The notes under the pieces are model-generated. The model saw only the letters and a program-made list of their open reading frames with translations, ran no database searches and was not told the origin of the DNA. From Eledone cirrhosa (Eukaryota): 64,000 nucleotides of DNA. The stretch's first letter is position 1, and each line of letters begins with the position of its first letter. The position numbers were made by a program, and so were the translations under genes. Where the stretch lies: the NCBI GenBank assembly GCA_964016885.1, contig OZ024743.1, positions 275,714,001 to 275,778,000 of the forward strand, in the 5' to 3' direction. Shown here piece after piece: positions 1-10,787 of the stretch.

Positions 1-464
1 TAAACATTTGAGAAGTAAAGTAATATATCTATTTGAGGCTTAAACTTCACAATTTGCTACTCTGAGCATCATGGCTCCAATTTCTCATGTGTCCTCCTCC
101 TTCTCCTCTTCCTGATCATGATCATCATGATCGTTATCATCATCATCATCATCATTATTTTTATGTAAGCTTTTTTCTCTCCCAGCTATGACATATTTAT
201 ATATGAAATAAATCACTGCGAAATATAAACTTGATGTTAACGTTGTATGTAAACAAAAGGAAGTGCTTTGATTGGTGAGAAACATTTGACAATGTTATGC
301 ATGTCTCTATATATACAGCATCCATATGCTAAATCTGCTGGCAAGGGTTGGATTTATGGCAACAAAAACATTACCTATGGTTTTCAAATAAACAAGAATT
401 TGTAGTGATTAAATAATATAACTAACTTTCTCATTACAAGGCTGGTGTTTGGGCCTTAACTGAA

Positions 465-550
465 GGTGCATGGCTTAGTGGTTAGAGTCCAGGTCCTAAG
501 CCGGGTGATGTATTCTGTTCTTGAGCAAGATGCTTCATTTCACATTGTTC
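465..550 (+). mobile_element. tRNA-derived SINE 5' fragment
   Basis: Box-A-like tggcttagtggttagag followed by ttgagcaaga...tttcacattg; the same family occurs on the minus strand at about 34860-35130. Confidence 0.55.
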
Positions 551-1000
551 CTTCTGCCAGGAATTGTGACTGGGAGATAGTATCAGCAATTGGAAAAACC
601 AATGGATACATTGTTTCCTTGGTCTGATCTGACTAGTTTCATCTCACTCGATAAGCAAATGAGGTCTGTGATCTTTTCAATTCATTGGAACATAACTTAA
701 CAATGGTTTTAAAATAAAATTATGATGGAAGGTTTGTAGCTAAATATAAACAAACAGTATTGTAGCATGGAGCAAGGAACAGTTTGAGACAGTTTGGTAT
801 CAAAAGGGTTAACATTAGAAAAATACATTGTCAAATATGTACATGAGTCATGTTGAAACTTTAGTTTTTAGTGGCAATTATATTCAAAATATTTTCATTA
901 ATTGGTTATGCAACGAAATAAACTACAGTCATCACGAGCAATTGAAGTGGATTTGGTAGGTATCAGCATACACCACCCTGTCCCTAATTATTGATGACAC

Positions 1001-1031
<31 letters not shown>

Positions 1032-1149
1032 TGGCTCTTTAGTATTTTACGTGCTGATGCTAAGTGCACATACAAATATTTTACATTTACTGTGCAGCTG
1101 ATGGGCAACATATAGGTCTGGGGCATTTAATCTAATGCAGACAAAGTAT

Positions 1150-2380
1150 ATATAACTTTGACTCCTTCATCATCCGACCTGGCTCCCCACTCCTACTTTT
1201 CACCCTCGACATCAAGTCCCTATACCCTGTCGTCCCCAATACCAAAGGTCTCTTGCAAAACTTCCTTAACCTTAGCCCCTCCCTTCTACCTTCCACCTCT
1301 ACTCTTATTTGCTTAGCCAAGTTGGTCCTCTTCCTCAAATGTTTCTCCTTCTTGGGTGAGATTTACCAGCAGACGATGACGGTGGCCATGGGTACAAGAA
1401 TAGGCCCCAGCTACGCCAACTTATTTGTTGGCTACATTGAGACACAAATCTTTTCTTAATACTCTGGCCCAACCCCCAAGCTGTACAGTCGGTACATTGA
1501 CAACTGTTTTGGCGCCAGATCTCTCACCCGAACCCAGCTCAACTCCTTTTTGTCCTTTCTCTGCTTTTCCACACCACCTCTATCTCTACTTCTGTTAACT
1601 TCCTGGACATCTCTGTAACCATTGATCCCTCCAATCATTCCCTCATCACCCCCGCCTACTCCCACACCTCAGACTCCCACACCTACCTCGACTTCTTCTC
1701 CTCATACCCCACCCACACCAAACACTCCATCCCCTATTCCCAATTCATCCGTCTACACCGCCTGTGTAGTTGAATCCATGATTTTGAGATTCAGTCTCAT
1801 TAGATGGCCAGACTTTTCACTAGACGTGGGTACCTCCCTATCCTGATACAAGTCGTCCTCACCTGTGCCCGTGGCGTCACTCGCACCACTGCCCTTACTC
1901 CACGCTACCACCCCTACTAACCAACTGCTCTTCCCCCTCACTACCACACTTATACCTTGCCCCTCCAGAAGACGATCCTCTGTCTTTTCTGCTGCCTACT
2001 ATCAGATTCTTCCACCTCACCCTTTTTACCACTCCCACCCCTCCATCATTCAAGCACGCTTATAATCTTCAGAGCCTCCTTGTCCACAGCACTCTTCCTT
2101 CCCCCAACTCATCTCTCGGATCCCACCCCTGTTCCTGATCCCGCTACCATACATGCAGCTTTATCTCCAGTACTACCACCTTTTCCCATCCCAATGACTG
2201 GCCCTTCTGAATTAGGGCCTCCTTCAGCTACACCTCCACCAGCCTTGTCTATGGGCTCCGTTGTATTCTATGCAGAGGCATCTACCTTGGTCTAGCCAAC
2301 AGATTTGCTGAACACCTTCATGACATCCGGGTCGGCAATCCGACTCCAATCTCCTGACATTTTCGATTTGCAGGCCACTC
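1150..2380 (+). mobile_element. Penelope-like element remnant (RT + GIY-YIG), pseudogenised
   Basis: FTLDIKSLYP, AMGTRIGPSYANLFVG, RYIDNCFG and NFLDISV RT motifs. Then SLVYGLRCILCRGIYLG and RFAEHLHDI (GIY-YIG-like), with stops and frameshifts. Confidence 0.85.
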
Positions 2381-2539
2381 CATGGATATATGCCAGAAAT
2401 CAAGAATCTTGGAATAACTGTGGTTGGGAAATATCCCATTTAATAAATGCTTGAATTTCAAACAACAGAATTTTTTATGTTTGAACAGAGTCAACATTCC
2501 TCATGTAAGTGCTGGTGTCTTCTTTTCTTTTACTTTTTA

Positions 2540-2855
2540 GTCCCATAACTCCTGATAGAGTAGTAGGGGTGCCGTGTTGACAAAGGGCATTTCTTGGCCA
2601 TTTTAAGCTTGGCGGAGCCCATCCTTCTCCAGGCCTTAGTACAGCAGATTTCTTCCAGAGAAAGATAGAAAGTGAGAGAGAGAGAGAGGAAATGAGAAAG
2701 AGATATAGAGGTACTAGGCTGGTACTTTTTTTTATTAATCTTGAAAGGATAAAAGGCAAAGTTGACTTCAGCGGGATTTGAACTCAGAGAGCTGGAGCAA
2801 ATACCATAAAGCATTCTATCCAATGATCTAATGACTCTGCCAATTTGCCATCCTA
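2540..2855 (-). mobile_element. tRNA-derived SINE, long-tail subfamily
   Basis: Box-B-like gagttcaaatccc on the minus strand, a purine tract and a shared tail; similar copies at about 15950-16265(-), 19035-19330(+), 44350-44530(-) and 49180-49500(-). Confidence 0.75.
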
Positions 2856-2969
2856 GTGCTGATGTCTATAATGTCATTAAAACGTTAAAATAAAGAAGTT
2901 TTCAAAGTGAAAGTTTTGTTGTTGTAAATATACATTTATTAAAGGGGAATGTCCTGTGTTTTGAAAAGA

Positions 2970-3169
2970 TAAGAGGATAGGCTAAAAAGTTCAAGGCTGA
3001 CTATAAAGAAGTGAAGCTAGAGCTATTAAATCTTGCATGTATTAATTTCAATTCATCTTATTAATAACTGCATTGTTTTGGTTCAGGAACTCTGTAAAAA
3101 ATAAACCTCATTTAGTCTTTCCATGAGAGTGTCTTGGTCAGCCTATGAACTTTTCAGCCAATCCTTGTA
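2970..3169. mobile_element. Tc1/mariner-type MITE
   Basis: Terminal inverted repeats gaggataggctaaaaagttcaaggctgac / gtcagcctatgaacttttcagccaatcctt with TA at both ends. A partial second copy lies at about 63120-63251. Confidence 0.7.
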
Positions 3170-3434
3170 TGTAAGTTGTGTAAGAAAAATAACTAGTGTT
3201 AACTAGTTTGTAGCTTTATATATATTGGGGGTCAGATCTGGTAAGATTTGTAGTTCACAAAGAAGAAGAGCTCAATATTTATAATAGAGATTGTATAAGT
3301 AGATTTATTCATTTTCTTACAACATGACCATGATGTTTCAACAATCTGTTCTTGTCGAGCCACAAAGTTTTAGGACATAGTTATGGACATACACGCACAC
3401 ACACATATATATTATGTAGATCATGAATGATATT

Positions 3435-3555
3435 AGGGGGTAACTACAGTAAATAAGGTACTCAATACAATAGTAGAGTGAAAACAACAAAATTTTATAT
3501 AGAAATGGTTTCTACAGGACTAGAACTGTTTCATTTGTATGAAATCATCAACAAT
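3435..3555 (-). mobile_element. Penelope pLTR-like fragment with degenerate hammerhead
   Basis: Homologous to 5790-5905. The minus strand reads TTGATGA...GAAAcagttctagtcctgTA, with stem I damaged. Confidence 0.6.
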
Positions 3556-3562
3556 GCCCATT

Positions 3563-3621
<59 letters not shown>

Positions 3622-3624
3622 TAT

Positions 3625-4580
3625 AAGAAAATTTCCTAGCCAAAAATAAGTCGCTGTCTTTAGCTTTTGTTGATCTAGAAAAGGTTTTCAATCTATTATC
3701 TGGTGGTCCTTAAGGAAATTAGGTGTAGAAGAATGTCTTGTGAGTGCAAGCTAGTGAGAGTAGGAAATGAGTTTAGTAAGGAATTCAAGGTACAAATAGG
3801 AGTTCAAGGTTTGGTTCTTAGCCTACTGCTGTTCATCATAGTTCTCCAGGCTATAACAAAGAAGTTTAAAACAGGCTGTCCATGGGAAATTCTCTATGCA
3901 GATGATTTGGTCCTTATAGCTGAAATAAAAAAAAGAACTAGAACATAAATTCTGAATTTGGAATCAAAAGTTCTGAGAGTAAACATAGCCAAAACTAAAG
4001 TGATTGTGAGTAGGAAGGAAAATATGTACACAATGTAATCTTGGGTAAACAAGAGATGTAGTGGGATAACGAGTAGACTAACTGGAAGGGAGACCTTTTC
4101 ATGTAGAAGATGGACCGGAGTAATCGATAGGATGAGTTTCAATGATATAAAACTTTTCCAGTCACAGGAAGGATCCATGGACGTGATTGATAGCTTCTGC
4201 TACCTAGGTGACTTAATTAGCAATGGAGGAAGGTGCGCCGAGATATGGAAGTCTAACCCATGCTAGCGTGGAAGATGGACATTAAACGATGATGATGATG
4301 ATGATGATTTAGAGAGCTACTCCTACTGTTGACAACCTATGTACAAAAGGAAGACTATGATACCTGTGTGAGGTGTGTGATGCTGCATCGTAGTGAAACA
4401 TGGGCTGTGACTGCAGAGGACATGCATAGACTGGAGAGAAATGAAGCAACCATGCTTTGTTGCAATGTAAGTGTGTAGGAAGGCAGAGCTTGGACAAGTT
4501 GAAGGAAAAGCTGTTTCAGGAAATCCGAGATGGTGTGTAGGAGAGAAGGCTGTTGGTTTGGACGTGTGATGCACATGTTA
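3625..4580 (+). mobile_element. Degenerate RTE LINE fragment (RT to C-terminus) with an RTE-tail insertion at about 4250-4308
   Basis: LAFVDLEK, FKTGCPWEILYADDLVL and DSFCYLGD motifs homologous to the RTE ORF at 11100-14200; many stops. Confidence 0.85.
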
Positions 4581-4619
4581 AATGATGTGGGTGAAAGAGA
4601 CTTAGTGTGACACCAGTTT

Positions 4620-5330
4620 GCTCAGCGAGTTCTTTGAATTTGAATGCAATAGTATCTGCATACCTGGTCCTGACTTCCTTATCCACCAACACTTCCCACT
4701 TTTTCCTGGACCTACCAGTTTTATGGGCTGCTTTGGCTTTAGGTAATCTCTAGTTGCAGATAATTAGATGGTTATCAGTTGACAGCTCAGCCCCTTTCTT
4801 AACATCTAGCACAGAATCAAATTATAGACCAATTATTGATCTCTGTTCTTGATTCCCTTCATACTATGTATATTTACGGATGTTTCTGTGCATTGAAGTC
4901 TTCCATCAGGATATATGACTCAGTCTTAACTATGTCAAAGCTGCAGTGGCTTCATAAGGGAAGGATCTGTATTCGGACTCCTTGTTTGGCTCATAAATAT
5001 GCACCACCCACAGAGACCTATATTTTAACCTAAGCTTCAAGAGGCAAATCCTCCCTACTAGTGGTATCCAGTCTGTAACACATTCTGACGCTGGATGCTT
5101 GTGAGTATCCCCACTCTTGCCTGTGCAGTCATTTCTGGTGCCACACCTGAACAGTGAAGTTTCCATCTTCCATCCAAATCTACAGTACCAACGTCATGGA
5201 ACTTTGTTGAGGAAACCCTGACTCTATCTAGTCAGTATCATCTAGCCTCCCCCACTAGTTCTTGCTCCTTACCTGTAAGGGTTGTGATGTTCCAGGATCC
5301 AATTGTTAAGTTTTGCTCCCTTCTGAACCC
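4620..5330 (-). mobile_element. Degenerate non-LTR retrotransposon AP-endonuclease fragment (RTE-like)
   Basis: Minus strand reads LTIGSWNITTLTGKEQELV...ARVGILT...ILMEDFNAQ, matching APE motifs xWN, GVGI and GDFNA. Confidence 0.7.
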
Positions 5331-5853
5331 CCTTTGGGGTCTCAGGATGGATATGCAATCTTTGTGCATCCATCACACGACTCCCAGGACATTATTTCTG
5401 AGGAAGACAAAGTGATTGATCTTGAATATCGGCACTAAATAAAAGTGGTGATGTAACTACTACCTCGAGTTCGATCATTCGATTTACCATGATCAATTAG
5501 CCCTCTGGAACGATTGTAAAACAATGAAGTACTCTTAACAACCTACATCTGACTTTTATTTTATTTTCATTGTTCAAAATACACATATTTTATTGACTTT
5601 GCAGCCTGTGTACATTCTTCGAAGATACCTTATGTGACTAGTGCCTACCAACAAAACTTAAGCACTGAAAGCATTACCTTGATGAATCTACCACTACAAT
5701 GCTGCATTGAGTTCTATCAACATTATCTGCCCCACCTTAAATAGGTGTATAACAATTATATATATATATAAGTTATTCCGGGTTGAATCGGGGGTAACCA
5801 CAGTAAGTAAGGTACTCAATACATAGCAGAGTATAAATATTTTAATATAGAAA

Positions 5854-5904
5854 AGCTTCTACAGGACTAGAACTGTTTCACTCGTGAGAAATCATCGGGA
5901 AGCT
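5854..5904 (-). ncRNA. Hammerhead copy with U4C core substitution (probably impaired)
   Basis: agcttc CCGATGA tttctcacgagt GAAA cagttctagtcctg TA gaagct on the minus strand. Confidence 0.6.
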
Positions 5905-5953
5905 GACTGCCCAAGTAAATGTGGTGGTATTTATATCTTTTCTTTTCTGGTGG

Positions 5954-5988
<35 letters not shown>

Positions 5989-6467
5989 ATTTATATATAT
6001 ATATGTGTGTGTGTATATTTATATGTATGTTTGTTGTGTGTGCATGTGTGTGTGTAAGTGGCCACGTGTGTGAATGTGGTTGTTGATACCTGGAATATAA
6101 ATTAAGAGAAACTTCACAATAAGGGGATTCACCCCAAAACTTGAACCTGTTTATAGAACCCTGTCTGCCTTTGTCACCCTTATTTCAGCCTTAAAGAATT
6201 AGCTTCTAAAGAATTTCCCTTGAACCCCACCAATGAAGCCCACCATCCTGTAGACACCTGACTTACAGGCATTGTTAGTTTAAGAGATAAACAAGGAATG
6301 GTATTCCAATTTGAATTTGTTTACAGTATTCTTTCTGCCTTAAAGAATTAGCTTTTAATGAACTCCCTTTTCTTTAAATACTTCAACCAATGACCTCCAC
6401 CCATCCCAAACCCCACCCTCTCCTACCATTAGAAAAAAAAAATACCACCACATTTATTTGGACAGTC

Positions 6468-6518
6468 AGCTTCCTGATGATTTCTCACGAATGAAACAGT
6501 TCTAGTCCTGTAGAAGCT
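6468..6518 (+). ncRNA. Type I hammerhead ribozyme, canonical core
   Basis: agcttc CTGATGA t ttc-tcac-gaa t GAAA cag-ttctagtc-ctg TA gaagct. Stem I is 6 bp, stem II is short, stem III has a CTAG palindrome in its loop, and the GUA site is at 6510-6512. Confidence 0.8.
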
Positions 6519-6941
6519 TTTCTATATTAAAATATATAAAAATATATAATATATATCTAAACTATAATAAAGGAAGGTCTGCGGGATTGCGTACGGTTTA
6601 TTTCTTTTAATCCAGTTAGTAAAATAAGTTGGATTACTTTGAATAAATAATGAATGAATATTACATAATTTATGTACTAAATTTCGTAAACATAAATAAT
6701 TTCGTAAAAATAAATAATTTAAAATTGATTTCTTTTCAAAGTTGCACTTCCGGTATATTGTCACCATCACCACCACTTCAACTACCATATATATATAGAG
6801 AGTGTGTGATGAGAGAGATAGAGAGATTATGATTTTCTACACGCTGACGCGTATGAGTGTGCACATACATTCATCTATATGTATGAGTATATAACTATAA
6901 TGGCGCAAACACAAACTTATAAAAATACACCCTCACGGACT

Positions 6942-7523
6942 TCTATATATATAAAACTGAGGATATCTGTCTGTGTGTGTGAGTTTGAATCCTTAAAACT
7001 AGAGAAGCACCCAACCGATTGTTTTCAAACTTTACACATGTAATACTTATGTTTCAGGAAGTGTTCTGAACAAAAAGAATTTCAAATGTTCAATGCCCTA
7101 GGGACCGCATTAGGCGATTTAGCGATCTCTCTCTATAATTCTTAGTCTTTCTCTTTTTAGATAGATACATACATATAACGTCGCGTCCTTATAATGTATG
7201 TCTGTATGTCTGCCTTACGTCACTTCCTACAATTCGCTCTGTGTCCAGAACGCGCTCCTATAATATCTGTCTGTATGTCTGGCTGTCTGCTGCCTCCGGT
7301 TATTCAGCCACCCTTGCTCAAGACAAATCTCACACTCATTCCCCAAACAGTTGGTAAGTGCACACAACTTCTTCCTCACGTTTTAAGCCACAGTGTTGCT
7401 TACTTACGTACCACCAGACCCTTACTTCTTTGCCAGCCGTGGTTATGGCAATACTAAGCTTAGCTAAAGCGGTTATATATTTCACAATACCTTATCCCGT
7501 GCAACGCCGGGTACCACTGTTAG
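6942..7523 (+). mobile_element. Non-autonomous Helitron
   Basis: 5' TCtatatatataaaactgag...ctgtctgtgtg; 3' hairpin cccgtgcaacgccggg followed by TTAG-t (a CTAG variant). Confidence 0.65.
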
Positions 7524-7649
7524 TAATTCATACAAATACACATACATTCACACATACTTTCACACATATACATTTACACAAACACACACATACAGTCATG
7601 ATAGCAGCATTCCGTGAAATTGGAAATGGGAGGGTAAAAGAGGTATAAC

Positions 7650-8275
7650 GTTTTATTTATTTATTAACTCTTTATTTATTAACTTTTAAAAAAAATATAA
7701 TGGTTACAGAACGAAAAGACTAACAAATATAATATATACAAAGGAAAGGGAAAGGAAAAAAGAAAGAGAAAAAATACACAAGCAGGTAATACACACATCT
7801 TAGGACACAGAATAATATGCAGGCGAAAGATTGGAAAAACCAGCCGCTACCAGAGCAAAAGATAACAATATAGCGAGGAGCACTGGGAAACCTCTCTAAT
7901 AATTTTTGAAGCAGGCCAGCTCGCTCGGTACGTTACCTTGAGTGATGGCGAGGCTGGGGTGCTGGAACAACAAGTGCCCTCACGAGCATCTCCAGTTACC
8001 TCTGTTTGGCAAGCCGCTAGTGAAGATAAGAATCTCTCTGTCAGTAGCCCGACTCCCTCGAACGCCACAGGCTGGATATGTAGTTAGCTGACAGAACACT
8101 GTATTTTAGGATTTTGTTCCGTTCAGCTGCGAATGCTGTAGCTCTCGCCCTTACCGCTGCATCCAGAATGTGGGAAGAAGCAAGAGTCACTAACTGTGAC
8201 GTCCCAGGTAAGGCACCTGCCTCTTGACCAGGAGCACAGAGTAAGACCGTCAAGTCTTTTCCCATCAATTCAGGA
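7650..8275 (-). mobile_element. CRE-like non-LTR retrotransposon 3' remnant (restriction-like endonuclease)
   Basis: RLDGLTLCSWSRGRCLTWDVTV, AAERNKILKY, PVAFEGVG and SLAITQGN resemble RLE motifs RPDG, DVT, K..KY, P..ETLG and LS.AIQRGN. Confidence 0.7.
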
Positions 8276-8474
8276 AAACCCAGACGGTTCCAAAGTTGAG
8301 GGGATGTTTGGCCGGGCCAAAGCTCTTGAGTGGTAATAGGAGAGTGTGTGTATGTGCGCCGCGTGAGTTTGTCGGCGTTCTTAAATTAGAGACACGTGTG
8401 TGTGTCACTGTTTTTTAAATTAGACATATATATGTGTGTATCACATACATTCACACAAACACACACACATTGCG

Positions 8475-8917
8475 TGATGGACGGGTGGACAGAAGTCCCT
8501 CAAATTTATATACATGTGAATGGAGTTCTACTGAAGCAGTTAGAGAGGTTCAAGTGTCTTGGAGCCGTGTTCATGGGTGATGGAATGCAGGGGGGGGGGG
8601 GGAATTAAGTGCAAGAATTGCAAAAGCTGATGCAGTGATGCGCCAGCTTCAGCAATCAGATGAAGGGGGGTAAGTGTAAAAGCCAAACTCGCTGTCTTCC
8701 TGGTATTCCTGCCAACTCTTACCGAGGATCATGAGTCTTAAGTAATGACAAAAGAATACAATTGCAAATAAAAGTGACAGAAATGGGATTACTCGATAAA
8801 GTGCATAACTCAGAAACCAGAGAGTCACTCCTGGTAGAGCCGCTACTTCTCTGAATTGAGAGATCACAACTCCGATATTATGAGCATGTGGTTAGAATGT
8901 AAAGAATCGCTGGACAC
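8475..8917 (+). mobile_element. Degenerate RTE-like LINE C-terminal fragment
   Basis: QLERFKCLGAVF...ELSARIAKA (FKYLG-like motif); homologous segment at about 27880-28160. Confidence 0.6.
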
Positions 8918-8924
8918 AATAAAT

Positions 8925-10050
8925 AATTATGGTGGGTAAAATGATTATTGTGGGTACTGGTAGGTAAAATGATTATTGTGGGTAAAATGGTGAGTAAAAT
9001 AATTATCGTGGGTAAAATTGTAGGTAAAATAATTATCGTGGGTAAATAGGTAGGTAAAATAATTATCGTGGGTAAAGTGTTAGGTAAAATAATTATCGTG
9101 GGTAAAATGGTAGGTAAAATAATTATCGTGGGTAAAGTGGTAGGTAAAATAATTATCGTGGGTAAAGTGGTGGGTAAAATGATTATTGTGGGTAAAATAA
9201 TTATTGTGGATAAAATAGTAGGTAAAATGATTATTGTGGGTAAAATGGTAGGTAAAATAATTATTGTGGGTAAAGTGGTAGGTAAAATAAGTATTGTGGG
9301 GAATATGGTAGGTAAGATGATTATTGTGAGTAAAGTGGTGGGTAAAAAACCCACCCCAAATAAAAAACGGATCCCCCCAAATAAAAAACGGATACCCCCA
9401 CATAAAAAACGGATCACCACCAAATAAAAAACATCCCTCCCCAAATAAAAAACGGATCTCCAAATAAAAAACGGATCCCCCAAATAAAAAACGGACCCCC
9501 CCACCAATAAAACACGCCCCCCCCCAATAAAAACGGATCCTCCCCAAATAAAAATCGGACCACTCCAAATAAAAAACGAACACCCGCCAAATAAAAAATG
9601 GATCCCCCCAAATAAAAAACGAACCCCAATTAAAAAACGGATCCCCCCAAATAAAAAACGGATCCGCCCCAAATAAAAATCGGACCACTCCAAATAAAAA
9701 ACGAACACCCGCCAAATAAAAAATGGATCCCCCCAAATAAAAAACGGATCCCCCCAAATAAAAAACGGATCCGCCCCAAATAAAAAACGGACCCCCAAAT
9801 AAAAAATGGATCCCCTCAAATAAAAAACGGACCCCCAAATAAAAAACGGACCCCCACCCCAAATAATGTGGGTAGAATAATTATTGTGGGTAGTGGTAGA
9901 TAAAATAATTATTGTGGGTAAAGTGGTAGGTAAAATGATTATTGTGAGTAAAATGGTAGGTAAAATAATTATTGTGGGTAGTGGTAGGTAAAATGATTAT
10001 TGTGGGTAAAATGGTAGGTAAAATAATTACTGTGGGTAAAGTGGTGGGTG
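8925..10050. repeat. Composite minisatellite: ~30-bp array interrupted by a ~21-bp array
   Basis: ggtaaaataattat(c/t)gtgggtaaagtggta units at about 8925-9345 and 9866-10050; ccccaaataaaaaacggat units at about 9346-9865. Confidence 0.9.
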
Positions 10051-10309
10051 AAATCAAGAAAGGGAGAAAGAGGGTAGGAAGTGGAATAAAGGGGGGGGGG
10101 GGTAGGGAAAGAACGGTTGGAAGAGGCAGAAGTGGAAAAAGGGGAGGAGAAACATCAAGGGAAGGAAGGATGGAAAAGAGGAGGGAAAGCAGCAGGTTAA
10201 AGAAATAGGGAAAGAGAGGTTAAAAAATGGGGAAAAGTAGGGAAGAGGGGTAAAGAGGGATACGAAGTGGGAAAGTGTGGGAAAGAGGCGGAAAAGGGTG
10301 TAATGAGGG

Positions 10310-10778
10310 AGTATCAACACCACGAGGTCAACCACAAGACAATGATCTTTGGCGCTACACAGTAATACAGAAGATCCACCTTGCCTAGGTACAAAGCGAA
10401 ACCTACAGTCAGTAGGCACCTCTAACAAAAATACACCCCTGTCCCACTACCCCCACCCCATCCCACCCCCTTCAATGTGAAGTTATGTTGGTACCACAAC
10501 ATCCAGTCCGAAACAAATGAGGTCGTGTAGGTGTCACGACAAAAAACACACAGTCCACACTGTAATGTGGCCGTGTAGGTAACACGGTAAAAACCTCCCA
10601 GTCCACACTGTAAACGTGGTTGGTGTTAGGAAGGGCATCCAGCCGTAGAAAACCCGCCAGACAGTCCTATACGAGCAGGACAATCAATCTAGCCTCAAGT
10701 GGGAAAACTCCCGTCCAAACCCATGCAAGCATGGAAGATGGACGTTAAACGATGATGATGATGATGATGATGATGATG
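10310..10778 (+). mobile_element. 5'-truncated RTE copy (ORF end, 3' UTR and (GAT)n tail)
   Basis: TQDNDLWRYTVIQK resembles THDRDFWRHAVIQS of the neighbouring RTE; ends ccatgcaagcatggaagatggacgttaaac(gat)n. Confidence 0.8.
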
Positions 10779-10787
10779 TATATATAT

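Larger units (their letters stand above)
5770..6536. mobile_element. Non-autonomous Penelope-like element with inverted pLTRs, in (TA)n
   Basis: About 5836-5950 is the reverse complement of about 6425-6536, each arm carries a hammerhead motif, and the element is flanked by TA repeats. Confidence 0.7.

Noticed and set aside
85-285. Acidic ORF (DDDD/EEE)
   Set aside because: Product of (TCA)n/(TCC)n trinucleotide repeats; no splice or homology support.
8878-9862. 313-aa and 260-aa ORFs
   Set aside because: Translations of the composite minisatellite.
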